A DNA stretch of 64,000 nt from Leptogorgia sarmentosa. Taxonomy: Eukaryota. The stretch covers positions 6,758,001-6,822,000 of the forward strand of contig OZ210885.1 of assembly GCA_964658305.1 (NCBI GenBank), given 5' to 3'. Below the pieces are notes generated by a model that did not search any database, was not told the origin of the DNA, and worked only from the letters and a program-made list of their open reading frames with translations. Of the stretch, positions 1 through 14,394 are shown piece by piece; the stretch's first letter is position 1; each line of letters opens with the position of its first letter. The position numbers were made by a program, and so were the translations under genes.

Positions 1-366
1 TTCCTATTATTTAACTTGCATTCAGTATATACATTTAGTATTTTTTTCTTTGGCCTTATATTGATATTTACATATATATGTAGCTTTGTTACCCTGTCTG
101 TTACAGTGTTATGACACTTTTGATTGTTCCATTTACCATTTGTACTATTGTTAAAGTATTGGCATCATTTGAATTGTGTTAAGAGTTATTGTTATCAGAT
201 ACACAGTGTAAGTTTTTATAAGTTATGTAATGTATTTGCAACTGAACATTGAACACAATAGATATTTTCTGTTATTTAATATATACTTAGTATCAGATTT
301 AAAGAGCAAAGTTTTGAACAAATATAAATTGTTGTTATGTTAATGACTGTTTATCACAAGTAGCAG

Positions 367-1634
367 TTAGTCAAAAAACTGTACGAATACTTCTCTAACT
401 TTTTTGCCCCTGTCATTATTGATTCCACTGTTAGACCGGTTTGCAGCACATGGTGGCTGAAACTCTGGATCATATTTAGCAGCTGCCTCAACTCTTTGTA
501 CATTAACAGATTCTTTGCGGCTTTCACAAATGTTATGAAGAATGAAACAAGAGTGAATAACTTTTGGCATGTCTGCCAAATTTATATCCAGAGGTCTTCT
601 TAGGATTCCAAATCTTCCCTTCAAACGCCAAAATGCCCCCTCAATGACCATTCTAGCTGATGAGAGTCTATATCCAAAAAATTGTTCTGTGGGTGTTGAT
701 CCTCCATTTGGAAATTCTTTCATGATGAATGGTAACAAAGGGTAAGCTGGATCACCAAGTATACATACTGGAACTGCTTCACAGCCATCTACAATAACCT
801 TGGGGCAGGGTGGTATCACTTCCTCTTGTAACTTATGATGGATCTGAGAGTTAGCAAATATTCTTGCATCATGTACAGATCCTGGCCAATTGATTACAAC
901 ATCTGTAAAACAATAGTTGTAATCACAAGTGGCCTGAACATTTAGAGAATGCCACCCCTTTCTGTTGATGTAATCAGTATGTTTCTCAGTAGGCTGTTTT
1001 ATAGGTATATGTGTCCCATCAATTGCACCTATACATTGTGGGAACCCATGCGAAAAATAAAAATTCGACGCAAGAAACTCAACCTCTCTCTGGTCGTTGG
1101 TAGTTTAATACATTTTTTGCCAAGATGGGTGGATATTGCAGAGGTGACTTCTCGAATGATGTTAGAAACGGTGCTTTTTCCCAGGCCAAATGCATTAGCA
1201 ACTTTTCTCAACCGGCCCTCATCTGACAGATAGTACAGTGTCACTGCAATCCTGGTCTCAACACTAACTGGTTTTCTCATAACTGTTTCTTTCTTTGCCA
1301 GATGGGGCCCCAATTCATTACAAATAAAGCGAAATGTATCTATTGATACACAAAAGTTTTCGTTCCATTCTTCATTGGCACTTATCCCTGACTGAATGTG
1401 TACCCACCATAAATCACTTCTGCCTGGCCGATTCCAATACCTTCTTGGCCTCCTTTTTCTTTTGATTTTGCCTTTCCTCTTTGACGAACTAACAGTCACA
1501 GCAAGCATCATCTCATTTCTGCGACTCCTACTTCTCAATTGCTGTTGAATTAGGAAGGCCGCACAGGTCAAAATATTAGCCGAGGCACCAAGCAAAAGCT
1601 TGGTTAACAGAAGCAAATAAATCAAATTCGCCAT
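367..1634 (-). pseudogene. PIF/Harbinger (HARBI1-like) transposase, frameshifted
   Basis: ORFs 1029-1634 (HTH region, F.LGKSTV) and 367-819 ([28 protein letters not shown]). The intervening minus-strand sequence reads IDGTHI...[11 protein letters not shown]. Frameshift near 1040-1070. Confidence 0.9.
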
Positions 1635-1741
1635 CTTAATTATTTTGAGTATTGAATTTGCCGCCAGAATGTAACGGGGTAGAAAAGTTTCAGGTTAGAA
1701 AGCTGGGAACTAAAGCGGTATCAAAAAGTACCGTTTTCGGC

Positions 1742-1925
1742 GTTCACACGATACCACATAGCGTTACGTTTTCATCTCATGCCGTTCAGAAACCGGCATT
1801 GTGTTGTGCCGGTAAAAGTGACGGTATCGCACAATTTCGTACCGGCATCGTGTGAACAGAAAGCAAAAAAGTAACTTTTTCATGCCGTTTTTGCCCCGTA
1901 CCGGCATCGTGTGAACATAGTCTTA
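1742..1925. repeat. Probable Harbinger terminus with subterminal repeats
   Basis: CGTACCGGCATCGTGTGAACA occurs twice (~1838, ~1897) with an inverted partial copy at 1742. The region ends GTGTGAACATAGTC followed by TTA. Confidence 0.6.
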
Positions 1926-2255
1926 AACACAGCAGCGGTACCAAGGGCTCCACAGGGAAACAATTTTACTTACCACATGAACGCTAAGGAAGAAATTATG
2001 TGGAGTTCATCTGGATCATTATAATAAGTTACAAATCAAAACACAAATGTTGAATGTTGTTAAAAAATGTTATAATATTCATAGTTAAAACCATGTTACA
2101 AATATTTTTAAACAATAATTAATATCCATAAGGTAATGTTTTGTAATTATTTACAATTACACGTTTGTCATAAACAATGCGATAGTCTTTTTTCATGCGT
2201 TTTGTCTCGATTTCTTTTGTTTGGGCATTTCTTGTTATCCTGAAGGGATAATGAT

Positions 2256-2705
2256 ATGTGTCATTTGCTTTTCACCATGAACAAAACAACACGTCTCATG
2301 CATGTTCTATGTGGTCAAGTTATAGCACAAATGATCGAAAACAAATTCAATCAATTTTGTTGCGGGTGTAAAATATATAATCAAGACTGTTTAATGAAGG
2401 ACGAGTTTGAAAAATGGGAAATGTATGGTCTTGATGCTATACAAAATGCAGCTCAAACCGTTTGGGAAAAATTCATACGTATTATCGAAATCCTAAATAT
2501 TCCCTACCAAAATGAATTTGGTCAATACTTACTTCAAATGAAAGAAAAATCCGATCTCCTTTTAGTCGAATCATTATTTCAAGAAACTATAGACAATCCA
2601 ACACTAGTCTATGTCCTAAATGAAATGGAAAACCCTCTTGGATCATTCACATTGTCCAATACAAGCAAGGATTATATCGAAAAACAAATTACAAAAAGTT
2701 TATGA
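2256..2705 (+). CDS. Unknown protein with CxGC...CL motif, possibly a viral/Polinton accessory remnant
   Basis: 149-aa ORF containing FCCGCK...DCLM. No further support. Confidence 0.3.
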   Translation: MCHLLFTMNKTTRLMHVLCGQVIAQMIENKFNQFCCGCKIYNQDCLMKDEFEKWEMYGLDAIQNAAQTVWEKFIRIIEILNIPYQNEFGQYLLQMKEKSDLLLVESLFQETIDNPTLVYVLNEMENPLGSFTLSNTSKDYIEKQITKSL

Positions 2706-4873
2706 TAAATTGTACAATATTTTTAATAAAAAACACCAAACGTCATTCTGCATACTAATTACCTCTGCCGCTAACGCACTCCCTCCTCTTTGCATACTAA
2801 TTACTTCCGCCGCCATACGTGCCCTATAATCTACTAGCACTACTACCATTTCGACCATCAATAGTGCTTTGGCTCATGTTGACTGGAATAACCCAACAAT
2901 TTGTGCTCTTACAGTGCTACGTTGTAACACTGTACATTTGAAGGCCTGCCTATCATAGACATCATTGGATGCTGTGTAGGCGAATTGACGAGTGCGATGA
3001 ATGATGGTGGTGGGCTGTCCTTTGTAATACCGCCTCTGTAATAATAGGTGTTTCAGTGAAGATAACAGTCAGCCCAGGTACACGTCTCTGTTGTGGTTGT
3101 CGGGGCATAGCATTTTTTCATTGTTGCACAGGGTTAGGCACATCTTGCTCTGGATGTTACGGGGTAGGCATGGCGATGTCTCGTTGCTGGGCAGAGGCAG
3201 GTGCAGGAGCATTTCCTTCTGGTCGGCTAGGTGGTGGTAGCATGGAACTTACTTGCCACTGTAGCTGGGTGGGCCATTTGGTTGGAGCTGGGTGGTGACA
3301 TTTGGTTGTTGCAGCGTATGTGTGGATGTATTCTATTGGGGACTGTGCGGTATATCAGAGATCAATAGCCTGGAGAAAGAAAGAACACAAGTTACAGCAC
3401 TGTTGAATCATTACTGCATACAACCGACACATACAGTACACATCTCAGTACACCTTGAACTTTAAACTCTAAGTGTGGAAAGCATAATGACAGCAACTTT
3501 CCAACTTTGTCGTTAAATATTTCGACCTTACTTAATGTATTATGCTTGCAGGGAGGTATCCCATGTCTCTAAAAATGTGCTGTGTGTGTATGAACGTTTA
3601 GAGTTGAAGGTTTCAAGTTTAGAGTTTATAGTTCGCAATTTATAGTTAGACTTTATTGAATTGGCTCTGTACTGCATACTGTACCGTATATAGCATTGGA
3701 TATTCCCCCAACATATAGGGTATATATAGAAAACTATAGTATGTTTTAAACAATTCCAATCCAAGGAAAGTTGAAACATCAACTTACAGAAGCTACAGAT
3801 GAAGAATGTGCAGACAGATATTCAAACAACAATTCACCATCGTTCAACCGTACTAATCAAGGTAACTTGTGTTTCTGCTTGGTTAGCATCACTCAAATCT
3901 GCCCTGAACTTCAATGAATTTTCTCGAGAGAAAAAGAAATCATGAGTGATGTCATGTGAGGAAGTATTTCCTGTTGAAAATAAATAAACATTTCATTCAG
4001 TGGGATTTTTTCTAAACGAAAAGCCATTCTACAAAGAATTAAGTTAATTGTAATTTAATTCAGGCCTACTGTGGGGACCAATGTCGCCTATTTGTCACCC
4101 ATTGTCACGCAATGCCGCCTATTAGCGCACATCATCGCCCAATCTTTTCAGATGAATCTCCGCTGTTGGGCAAAGTTTTTTCGCAAGTTTCTGTAACTGG
4201 TTGAGCTGTGTCAGAAGCCGATTTAGTGCTTGCTGTCAGCGATGCTTCCTGCGGGAATTCCGCTTCAGAAACTGCATAAAGGTAGTTTACAAATATATAT
4301 ATGCAGGTTTTTAATTAGCTTATATCTTTAATGTATAATTATGTAATGTAATATATGCAAGTCTGATGGTCATACAAATAGCCCTGGGGCCGGTTGTACG
4401 AAAGGCGTTTAACTTAAACGGCGTTTAAGCATTATCCAACGTATAAACTTCCTATCCAGCGGATAGTTAACTAGCGCATAAAATCACGTTGCACGAAGCC
4501 CGTTTAGCATAGCGTTTAACTATACGATGGATAAACTTAAATTTACCCGTAAAAAACCGAATTTTCCAGAATTTGTGCACCTCAGCTTGGTACTTGAGGG
4601 AACTTGAGGGTAAAATGTTGCAGATTTCACACTCGTATAACATATCAATTTTTGCACAGAATTTGCATAATACTTTCTGCGTGCCATTTTAAAATCTCGT
4701 TAAACTTTATTACGCCAGAATTTGTACACTTGTGAATCCCCTCCGTATCTATGAAGTGCTTTTAGTCGCTTACCAATGCAGGTCTTAAGCGATGAAGTCA
4801 TCCATGGCTTATCAGATTCTCTTAGGTCTTAAGGCAACTAATAAGGTAGGAAGCGGGAATTTGTTATCGCTGA

Positions 4874-5452
4874 CTAAATACGACGAGGAGCTGGTGGATG
4901 CGTTTGAATGTCCATTAACGGCGTCGGCCAGGGTTGGGGTATCCATGGTGGCTGAGGGTAATTTGGACGATACTGCTCGTTCATTATCCCGCGCGGACCC
5001 AACTGCATTGGTATCATGGGTCCTGGGCGATAGGGCAAAAAACGAGGGTATACATGGCTGCGAAACTTGGATCTCTCTGACGCTATATTTTCAGGAAATC
5101 CATCCTGGGAGAAATCACACCTGTTTCCTTTTAAGCAATGGCCTTTTCGTAAGAAGGGACATGGCACCAGATATTTCGGTTCGTTATGCGATGAGTTTGG
5201 ATGCTTGAAGTCACAACGATTTCCCTTCACGCACCAGCCACGACGTGCGAGGAAGGGACAGGGGATAGAGCCCTTCGGGGAATTATATCTATGGTTACTG
5301 TTATTGTCACCGGTTCTACTTGAAGATGGTTGAGTGAGGGCTTTTTGGATAGGAGAATTAGTGGTTGAAATACAGTCTTTCAAGCCTTTAGGTGTATATA
5401 AATCTTTTCTTTCGTCGGGGCAATCAGTAATAGTGTTATTTAAGGGAGCCAC
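4874..5452 (-). CDS. Tandem CCCH zinc-finger protein fragment, possibly a non-LTR retrotransposon ORF1
   Basis: Two C-x8-C-x5-C-x3-H fingers (CPFLARRGWCVKGNRCDFKH; the second lacks the final H) followed by a Pro-rich tail. Confidence 0.55.
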   Translation of the reverse strand: MAPLNNTITDCPDERKDLYTPKGLKDCISTTNSPIQKALTQPSSSRTGDNNSNHRYNSPKGSIPCPFLARRGWCVKGNRCDFKHPNSSHNEPKYLVPCPFLRKGHCLKGNRCDFSQDGFPENIASERSKFRSHVYPRFLPYRPGPMIPMQLGPRGIMNEQYRPNYPQPPWIPQPWPTPLMDIQTHPPAPRRI

Positions 5453-6623
5453 AGATTCAGGGGTTATTCTAAGGATAATTTACAACTCCAGTAAATTTAA
5501 AAATTCTGCCACTTTGTTAAAGTATTAAGGCTTGAGTAGGAGACCTACAGTATCGACCTGCATTATCCCTGAGAATAAGTAGCAAGGCTATATTTTTTGA
5601 ATTTGGTGTGGTCTTCATCTTACTGTTGCTTATTTGCTAGTTACACTATGACTCTGTCACAGCAACTGTTAGCCTGTTAGTCACTTTTTGGTGTGGTGGC
5701 GTCAGACCCCACTCATACGGTAACCTGTTGATGACTGATGAGGTAGGTAATATGGGTCAGTGGTGGGGAAATCAATTGTGTCTTGAAAGAAGGACATTTG
5801 TAATTATTATATAAGCTCTAGCTAGTGTACAATAATTCCATATTTCCATACAAACTGTTGACATGCTTTATAAACTATAGACATCCTAGGAAATAAATAT
5901 GACCTTCGAATGAGTTAGCTAAAATCTCAGGTCAAATACTTTTCCATTTACCAACATCGCTGACAAATGATATATTATTTTACTTCTGGGACTTTATAAA
6001 AATAAATATTTCCCCCTGCTGACAGAGCAGTTAATAAAAGGGACAAAATCTCTCAACGTATCAAATTGATAAGAGATAACGACGAATAAAATCATTTCAG
6101 ACTTCTCAATTTAGTCAATAGACTCAATACCTTTTCCTTTCATGCACTCTCCAGAAAGTTGATCAAGCAATGTCAATATTGAACGAAACTGATCTTTCAA
6201 GACCAACTTCTCAAAACATCTCTGCCACTATTGATGTCAAGAGTGGATTCTTCTACTATGATATACTTCTTGTGAAAATTTAAAGGAAGAGCCTGATATA
6301 ATCAACAGCAACATTTCCACATTATATCAAGTACAAATCTTCTGTGGTACAAATAACCCGCAAAATTTTGCCTGGAAAAAATTGCGAAAATAAGTACGCG
6401 TATAATTAAGTGCGAAAAATTTATCATTCTTGAATCAAATTCTTGCTTTATTCCAACATCAAAAATTTTAAATATTATATTAAAATTGATGAGTGATGAA
6501 TGAAAATGATCGTTCAAGACGAACTTCTCAAACGTCTTTGCTACAATGGATTTCAAGAACTGAATTTTCTAATACTTCTGATGAAAATTCAGGGGAAGTG
6601 GCTCAAGTGGATGATGTTCAAAG

Positions 6624-7343
6624 ATGTACGCTGTAAAATCTGAACATTTGAGAAATATGGCTCCAGGACAAGCGTATCAGTGTACACCGATTGGATATCA
6701 TATTTCAGCAGCTAATGAGGAGTTAGCAAACAAAATGGGGAAACTAATGCTTCATGTGTATAATGACGCAAAGAAACTTACACTTTCTGCATACAGTTGG
6801 CCAAGCAGAATTGTGACATCAGAAATTGCCAGTTGTTTCTCTTTCAATCAGAAAGAAAATACATCTGGTTTTAAAATGGGCTTCCAATATATCAGTCCTG
6901 CACATCACAGACAACTTCTGAAGATAATTGTAAGCTCTCATAAAGAACAACTCGCTAGTGGTGTAACTAATGCTCTTGCATCTTCTCTTCGATGTGATGG
7001 AAGTGTTGACAGAACGCAAGTTGACAAAATTTTTGTGATGCTGAAACTTATAAGCAATGCAGCAGAGGAAGAACTGGTCTTTGTTGGGGCAAGAGAACCA
7101 AAAGAAAGAGGGGCTGAAGGACTTGTTAATGCTATTAAGGAAGCATGCAAGGGATGTGGCAAAGATTCACCTGAGGAATCTAGTAATGATTTAGAAGAAG
7201 AAGGTTCTGACAACCGTGACCTCCCCGATGAATCATTGGAGTTTGTGCTATATGAAACTTCCTCGATTGTAACAGATGGGACAAACGTAAATAGCGGAGC
7301 AAGATCTGGATTATGGACATTGCTGGAAAAAGCTAGTTGCTAA
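6624..7343 (+). pseudogene. hAT-like (ZNF862-type) transposase fragment
   Basis: LRCDGSVDRT and IVTDGTNVNSG resemble the first two catalytic Asp motifs. Truncated at both ends. Confidence 0.6.
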
Positions 7344-7682
7344 TTTCGAACTCGCTGGGGCATGACACTAGAAGAAACCATACCATGTGCAACAGTTAGT
7401 TTAAAACTCAATTTTTTACTCTACTCATAAGCCCCCGAAACCAGTATCAGATAGTTTCGATGCTGCTGGTCCAAACGACATGCAGTACGTATGTCTGATT
7501 TCGATGGTCCATATGACCCATGGCTCCAGGTCCAAATGACCAGCCGTAGGATGCCTGACTTCGATAGTCCATAAGACCGCGGTTGCAGGTCCAAACGACC
7601 TACCGCTACCCTGTGACAGGCAAAGATCTGACTTTCACCGTTCTGCGGTCCATCCGACACATAGTAGAACCAGATTATTGCC

Positions 7683-8888
7683 TCATAACAGTGAACTGAA
7701 GTTCCCACTATCTTGTCTACGTCCTGGTCCAACCGACCATAGTAGACTCACTGGTCTGATGTTTGACCACCACCTCCCGATCAGTCGCTCCCGAACCGCA
7801 CCTGGAGAGCCCGCAGTTCGAATGATGGCCTGCCTGCAGTAAAGATGTTGCTTGTCATTGACCCAGAGCATGTAGTCATCTTGGTTGTCCATTCTCGACA
7901 GGTGGTCTGCCAATTCGTTTTGGTCCCGACTAACCCACTCCACTGACAGACGGATGTTGTGCTTTTGACACACTTTGTAGAGCAGTATTGCTTCCTTGTG
8001 CAGGCCAGGGTGTCGACTCCCGACTGTCATGATCCTCTCAGCGCTTTGACTGTCTGTCCTGTGACGGACCTCTTTTCCCTCCAACTGAGGGGCCATAGAC
8101 TCCAGGACCAGTCTGGCAGCACGCAACTGTCGTAATGTGGAACTCTCTCCGCTCTCGCTCTCCGACCAGCTTCCTATGGCTGTCTGTCCACCCAGCTGGA
8201 CTGCATATCCGCCCCATGCCACGTCACTGGCATCCGAATATGTCATCACCTAGATTGTTGGGCATGCTATCCAGATGGGCTGGCCACTGTTCGAAAAATT
8301 CTCGCTCCAAAATAGAATCTCAGTCTTCCCCCCATCTGCGAGCTCGAATCTCTGGTCCCAGCTAGCTGACTGCTCTATGGTACGGTAGAGTTCTCTTGTC
8401 CAGAGGCGTACTACCGGGCCTAGGGCTAGACCCATCGATGACAGCGACCCCGTAAGCTTTGCGAGATCCTGTGCGGAAACCAAGAAAAAATTGTGCTGTA
8501 TCTTGGCCAACATGTCCTTGAATACCGCCACACGGCGCTCAGGAACAGTAAATACGCCAGTAGCTAGGTTCATGATAAAACCTAGCAACTCCCCGACCTG
8601 GACGGGCTCCCACTGGCTTTTTTCCTCGTTAGCCATGAACCCACTGGCTCTAACGTCCTGTTGCACTTTCAAAGACGTCGCCTTAGCTTCCTCTTGACTA
8701 CTCTCTGCGCCTGCACCATCATCCAGGTATGTAAATAGTCTGAGACCCTGTCGCCTCCAGTGCTTCACCAGCGCTTTCTGGATTTTTGTAAACAAAAAAG
8801 GTGCAGTTGCCAAGCCGAATGGCAGGACAGTAAACTGAAAATACCGCAGCTGTCCCTGGTGAAACCATGAGCAGCCCAGAAACTTCAT
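7683..8888 (-). pseudogene. DIRS-type retrotransposon RT/RNase H remnant
   Basis: LPFGLATAP, YLDD, ELLGF in the RT part; YSDAS, TDSQ, WVSRDQNELADHLSR in the RNase H part. In-frame stop at 8250. Confidence 0.85.
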
Positions 8889-9003
8889 ATGTTCCGGAAA
8901 TATGTCCTCATGGTGTCACCCATCAATCCACAACCTCGACGAGGACACAGCTATTTGAACCACAGCCCAGGATTCGAATATCTGCATAAGAAACACTGTA
9001 TGA

Positions 9004-11221
9004 TTAGTGTATGATTAGTGCCGTCTGAAATTTTGTGCCCTTACGAGGATCGAGTCCGCAGTCCATCAGTTGGTCAGTGATTACTGCAAGATCATCAAAT
9101 GCCGTACCTCCCTCGGCAAATATATAGTCCAGGCCCTGAAGAGATTTCCTGACAGAAGCCGAGCAAGATGTAAGAATGCGATACATCGTAGAGATGCTAA
9201 ACGGTTTGAAATCATTCTCATCACAATACTGAACGTACTGTGTTGTGGTGCGTTGTTTTACCATCATTCGAATCACATTTGGTGTTTTGATGACTTCACC
9301 ATTAGATAGAACTAGATTTCGTTCACCAAATGGCAGATCTTGTGTCACATGTGGGCTGGTAATAAAGGTTAAGAAGTGGTCAAGCTGCACTGGACTAACA
9401 CGCATCCTGGTAGATCGTTTTTCTGTCAAAGGTGCTCCACGTCCATGCAAATCTTTATGGCGGCACGCTATCTTCACTCTGTACTTTGTAATTCCAGGTA
9501 TGAATTTTTGCAATGTGGAGAAAGGAGCTAGGTCTGCCATAATGGAAAGCACTTGACGACGAGTGTCCCAGCCGGTTGCATGTTTGTACGTTTCAGCCAA
9601 AGCTTGGAGGTAAACCTTTTCAGATTCATCGAGCTCGCCTATCTCGAAGATTTTATCAACTATTTTTGACTTTTTTGTAGCTTTCCACAATGCTCCAGCA
9701 TCTCCAGGTGCTATGACATCAAGGACTGCCGCAACTGCTTCACTTGCTTTGGTGACGTGAGTGTTTTGGGATCGAGGCTGTAGGTTACTGAATTTTTTCT
9801 TCGATTGTTTTATACAATCCACACCTGACATGCCAAGAAAGCGGTTGAGAGCACTACGGCAAACACTTAGATCACTACTTGTCACATCAGACCTCGATGT
9901 CTCACTACTACTTCCATTATCTGGAAGGAATAAACTGTGCTGCTGTGGAGAAAGAACTAAAGTTTCCATCTTTTCACACAGCATGGTTTCACCTGATGTT
10001 TCCTAAGAGTAGAAGGACATTTTTATTGTATGTTATTAATAATTAAATAAATGAATAAATGAAGGCCTAATGAACGGATGGATTAAATAATGTATAAAGG
10101 AAAGAATTGAAGGATAGATGGAAGAATTGATGGATGGATGAAAGAATGAAAAAGAATGAATTTCCAGCCCAACAACATTCATGTACTCACAAGATATGAA
10201 GAAGATAATTCATTAATGCTAGTGCTTGGGTGCTTCTCGAACATTTCTTTATCGAGCACGTCTTCATTTAATGTGGTACTTTTTCCCAAAAGAAGTCGAC
10301 ATCTTTTGCAAATTGCTGTCGAAAAAGGAGACATAGAATTTGACTATGTAGCCAATTCACAACAGCACGAAAGTGTGTATCCCCAGAGTCCCTAGTGCAC
10401 CGCCACAGAGAGGATTTTGGGGGCCCGGGGCAGATAATTGTGAAATCGTTGTGGGGCCCTCTCTATTGGGGGTCCGGAGAAAAATGTTCCGTTTGTCCAA
10501 CCCCCCCCTTTTGGGCACCTCTTCCCTAGTGTACTTACGTGAGGCTACTGGTACAACTGTTGAGGTGTAGTCAAATAGGAGACGAGATTGCGTTAGTGTG
10601 ATTCCACGGTCCCCTCTTCGTGGAGAGTTCTTATGGGGAGCCCAATCAGCAGGACAGGCACAATTTTTCTTATTTGTAAGCCAATGGATTCCATATTCAT
10701 CTCTGTGTCGTGGGCAGATCGTTAAATGAAGAACAGACTCCTGTATATCAAATACACCTAATTAATAAGACAAAATAATTTGCATATGATAAATTTATGA
10801 TGTAATGCATTAATTGTGCAATATCATTACAAAGCTGATCCGTCGATAAAAATTTCATTAAAATTTATGGTGAAATGAACGTAACTTAATCAAGTGCCAA
10901 TGATTATAACTTACCTGCACGAGCAAGAATAAGTACAGCTTCGTTTTCCAAGTCAGAGCCGTAAGTGTTCAGCCTTTTAAGATGACCTTTAATATCTTTA
11001 GTGCACTTCAGCAAAATTGTACTTTCACTGGAGTGTTTTTGGTATTTACTACTACCGCAAGGACTGCCAACTAAAGATTTGAATCCACAAGAAGTCATCA
11101 TGTATCGCAGCCATGAGCCATGCGGTAACCAGCCAAAATGTTTAGCAAACATTATGCAATTACGTGCGGGACGAGCTGCTTCCCGTGTGTAACTGGACAG
11201 TGACAAAGTCACACTTTTCAA
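9004..11221 (-). pseudogene. Uncharacterised multi-exon TE-associated gene, 3' truncated
   Basis: 326-aa ORF plus upstream Cys/His-rich pieces, with GT/AG-like boundaries (e.g. LILARA-gtaag near 10915; ttag acceptor near 10005). Family not securely recognised. Confidence 0.45.
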
Positions 11222-13281
11222 AGTTGATTGAAAATGTTGCTAATACAGCTTTAATAGTACAATTTGTGTGCAGTAGCTGGCATAACGTCAATGGCATACA
11301 AGCACTGAAGGTAAACTGTCACTATTAATTGCTGTTTTGGCTAGAATAACTTTGTATAACGTGTATTTAATTCAATAGTTTCAATAGCACTGAGTCAACG
11401 AAAATGTAAACAATGAGATACCAAAACAATTATTCTTTAAATAGATGCTTTTGGCTCTAAAGAAACTTTAAAAATATGATTAATTTGTGGTTTTGCTGGT
11501 TGAGAGTTTATATATATTAGATAAAAAGCAATTTATGAGGATTCTAGTGTGTATTTTGATTTTTAACTCGCCGACATGCTTGCTCGTCAGCCATTAGGTT
11601 GCGACCTTCTTGACCCTTCAAGTGGATTTTACGAGGACTCTAAAATTGCATCTTTTCATCAGCCCCGAAATTTTATTGCAACTTTTAGAAGCGAAAATAC
11701 TGTAGATTCATTATATCATGATCATATTATCATATTCCATGTAGTTTGTGACGAATTTTCACGTTCAAATAATCAATATATTTCGCATTCAAATTAAATA
11801 ATCGGTAAAATATTCACAATTAGAACGAATATAACATTTTGTAACTAGAACTGTAGCAGAATTATCGTACTAAATGTGGGTGGAGTTGTTTTTTGATTTC
11901 TTTTAAACAGAAATATTTTAACGATTTTTTTGTGACGTACGGTACAACGGCCACAAATTCCTATCGATTTACGCTAAAACACAAAATCGTTGTTTACTCT
12001 TAAAATAGATATCCAATGAACTTTTTAGTATTTTTCCCATTATGAGCTCACTAAGGGCTACATTTAACAAGTTTTTAAAATTTTTCATAATAATTTATTT
12101 TGCACGCCCAAGGTCACTTTTTAGGGAAGGCCTCTCTTAATTATGGCATGTTGCTGATCATCTTTTAAAATGTTTTTATTGACATGTAATTCACCCAGCA
12201 TGTGTCTTTTGATAAGGTCCTCCACTGCACTCTTACTCATTGATACCAACCCTCTCTCTTCCAGAAACTTATACCCAGCATTCCGCTTAATTGCGTAGCA
12301 TTTCACACCAGAAAGAGCACTGGATTTCACATATGGATTAATGTGTTTTAATAACTGAAAAATTATTTTTAAAATGGTTTCTGTCTAGTTCATGTGTAAT
12401 GTGGCAGTCTGAATGCAAGATTGATGCCATTTCAGTGGAAGTTATGTAAATGCAAATGAATGATGCTAGCTGAACTTCCCTGATACTGCATGACTATATA
12501 GTAGCACCATATATAATGTATTTATATCTCACTGGGTGTCTCTCCAGCTAAGCTGTTCACCATCCCTTCTGCAAGACTGTTAATCATGCCCAAACTGTCC
12601 TTCAGTTCTTGCTGTCTAGGACCCAGTGTTTGGTACTTCGTGATACCTCATTTTTGAAGTATTCTTTTATTTGCTCCATTTTAGGGCATGCATCAGGATA
12701 CAGGGGGATCAATCAAATAACATTAGTACTAGTTGGTCATTTACAGTATGTTTTTTGAAAACACCCTGTACAATCCTAAGTATCCATAGTTGATTGGAAT
12801 ACAACAGACCTGTCTGATGAACAACATCAAGGAACAACATCAATTCAATGAAATAGTTCTTCAACACTCTGGGACCAACTACTTCACCTAGACACTGAAC
12901 AATAACAGGGATGCAGTGGTCATTCAAAAACTTGTCATTACACTGGATTTCTTGACCAAGGGACATAAGCAAACCAATAGCCTGACTAGCCTTTTTCTTC
13001 ACCTAGTCCAACTTTGGTTGGTATGACATTTGCTATCTGTCATTCAGTTTTGCAACAGCAGGAAAGGGTAACAGAACCACTCTGTCTTCTCTCTAAAAAA
13101 TATACATGAACATAAAAAATTTAGAAGCAGGCAGATAACAGTTTAGTAACATTTCATTTTAATCAACAAAAAAGTACCCTTTTTTTTGCTAAATTTTGAC
13201 AATATACAACTAAATGTCTGAATTTTGGACACCTTCATAAACTAGTCTTACCTGAAATTAGTCAATCTTGGTAGCTTATCC

Positions 13282-13620
13282 TCATTCATTGTAATTAGGC
13301 AGGTTGTTCTTGGTATATGGTGTGGACTTTGCTGTGGATCTAACTTGTCCATTAAAATTATTGTTGATCAAGGATTTAAGTTCAGCTAATTTGTCTAGAT
13401 CATCAAATACATATGGAATGGATGACGATGCACATTTCGGCATTTCAGCCTCTGTCTTGCCAAACATTTCTCTTCCTTTCCTGCAAGAGGTAAAAATGAT
13501 TTAGCAGTTGTTGTTTTACCAGTGTCATTTAGTCCAACAGCAATTGGTTAAGGACACTGACCAAATTTATTTGGGATTGTTTCATAATGCATGGCCATGA
13601 TGCCCGAGCCAATAAAGCAA
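13282..13620 (-). pseudogene. Decayed P-loop NTPase fragment
   Basis: Walker A GLNDTGKT at ~13512-13535 and Walker B-like YVFDD. Stops and frameshifts present. Confidence 0.45.
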
Positions 13621-14184
13621 AATGCTGAGCGTAACTACTTCAATAGAGATGTTCAAAGGAACATCTGGACTGACCTAGAAGACAAGTAATCCTCCATGCA
13701 AATATACATGCTCTATGTTTCATCTAATTGATTTCTGTCTCTGTCACTTTTAAGGATCAGCTGGGACAATAACTAGACCTAGGATCGAAAATGGACCAGG
13801 TATTTTTCACCCCAAATTCTCCCTGTTGGTTTCGAAACGGAAGGTCAAAGCAGTGCTTTCGAAAGATTCAGTGTTATTTTCCGTAGTTAGTTATTCCCAT
13901 GGGAAATATGCAGCTTTTGGTTAGCAAATGTGCAAGTATGGTTAGCAAATGTGCAATGCGGTTTCCAAGCCTAGATACGCTATATCTGTTGTGAAAAACA
14001 TAGAGTCGTTGTTTGCTCAGTAAATTACGTTTCGCTTATTAAGTTTGTTCATTCAGCCATAAGTCGTTAACACGGATGCTTGTGAGTAAGCAATAGTAGT
14101 TTTGGCTTTGTATTAGCCAAGTTCTATCCATGTTAAGAAGACTATATCTATCCCGGCTTAGGAAGAAGCCACGCTAAGTCTAAT

Positions 14185-14394
14185 GTGTTAAAGGAGCTAA
14201 GTATGGTGCGTAAGCAAACCAAATTCGAACCGAATAACCGAATTATCCATCTACCGAACGTCTATCTATACAAAGACAAACACCACAATAAACGACCCCT
14301 AAAAGAGGCAATTTGCGTAAATTCAACTCCAAATACAAACCTACAACATTCCCTGGTGGATTCATTGCTTGGTTGTGATGATTTTTTGTTTTGA
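14185..14394 (+). pseudogene. Possible GIY-YIG C-terminal remnant of a Penelope-like element
   Basis: KR..KEAI.V....N motif only. Confidence 0.35.

Noticed and set aside
2860..3370. Pro/Gln-rich minus-strand exon-like segment
   Set aside because: Multiple stops and no recognisable domain.
10040..10160. GAAT/GGAT-rich stretch
   Set aside because: Ordinary degenerate microsatellite, probably intronic.
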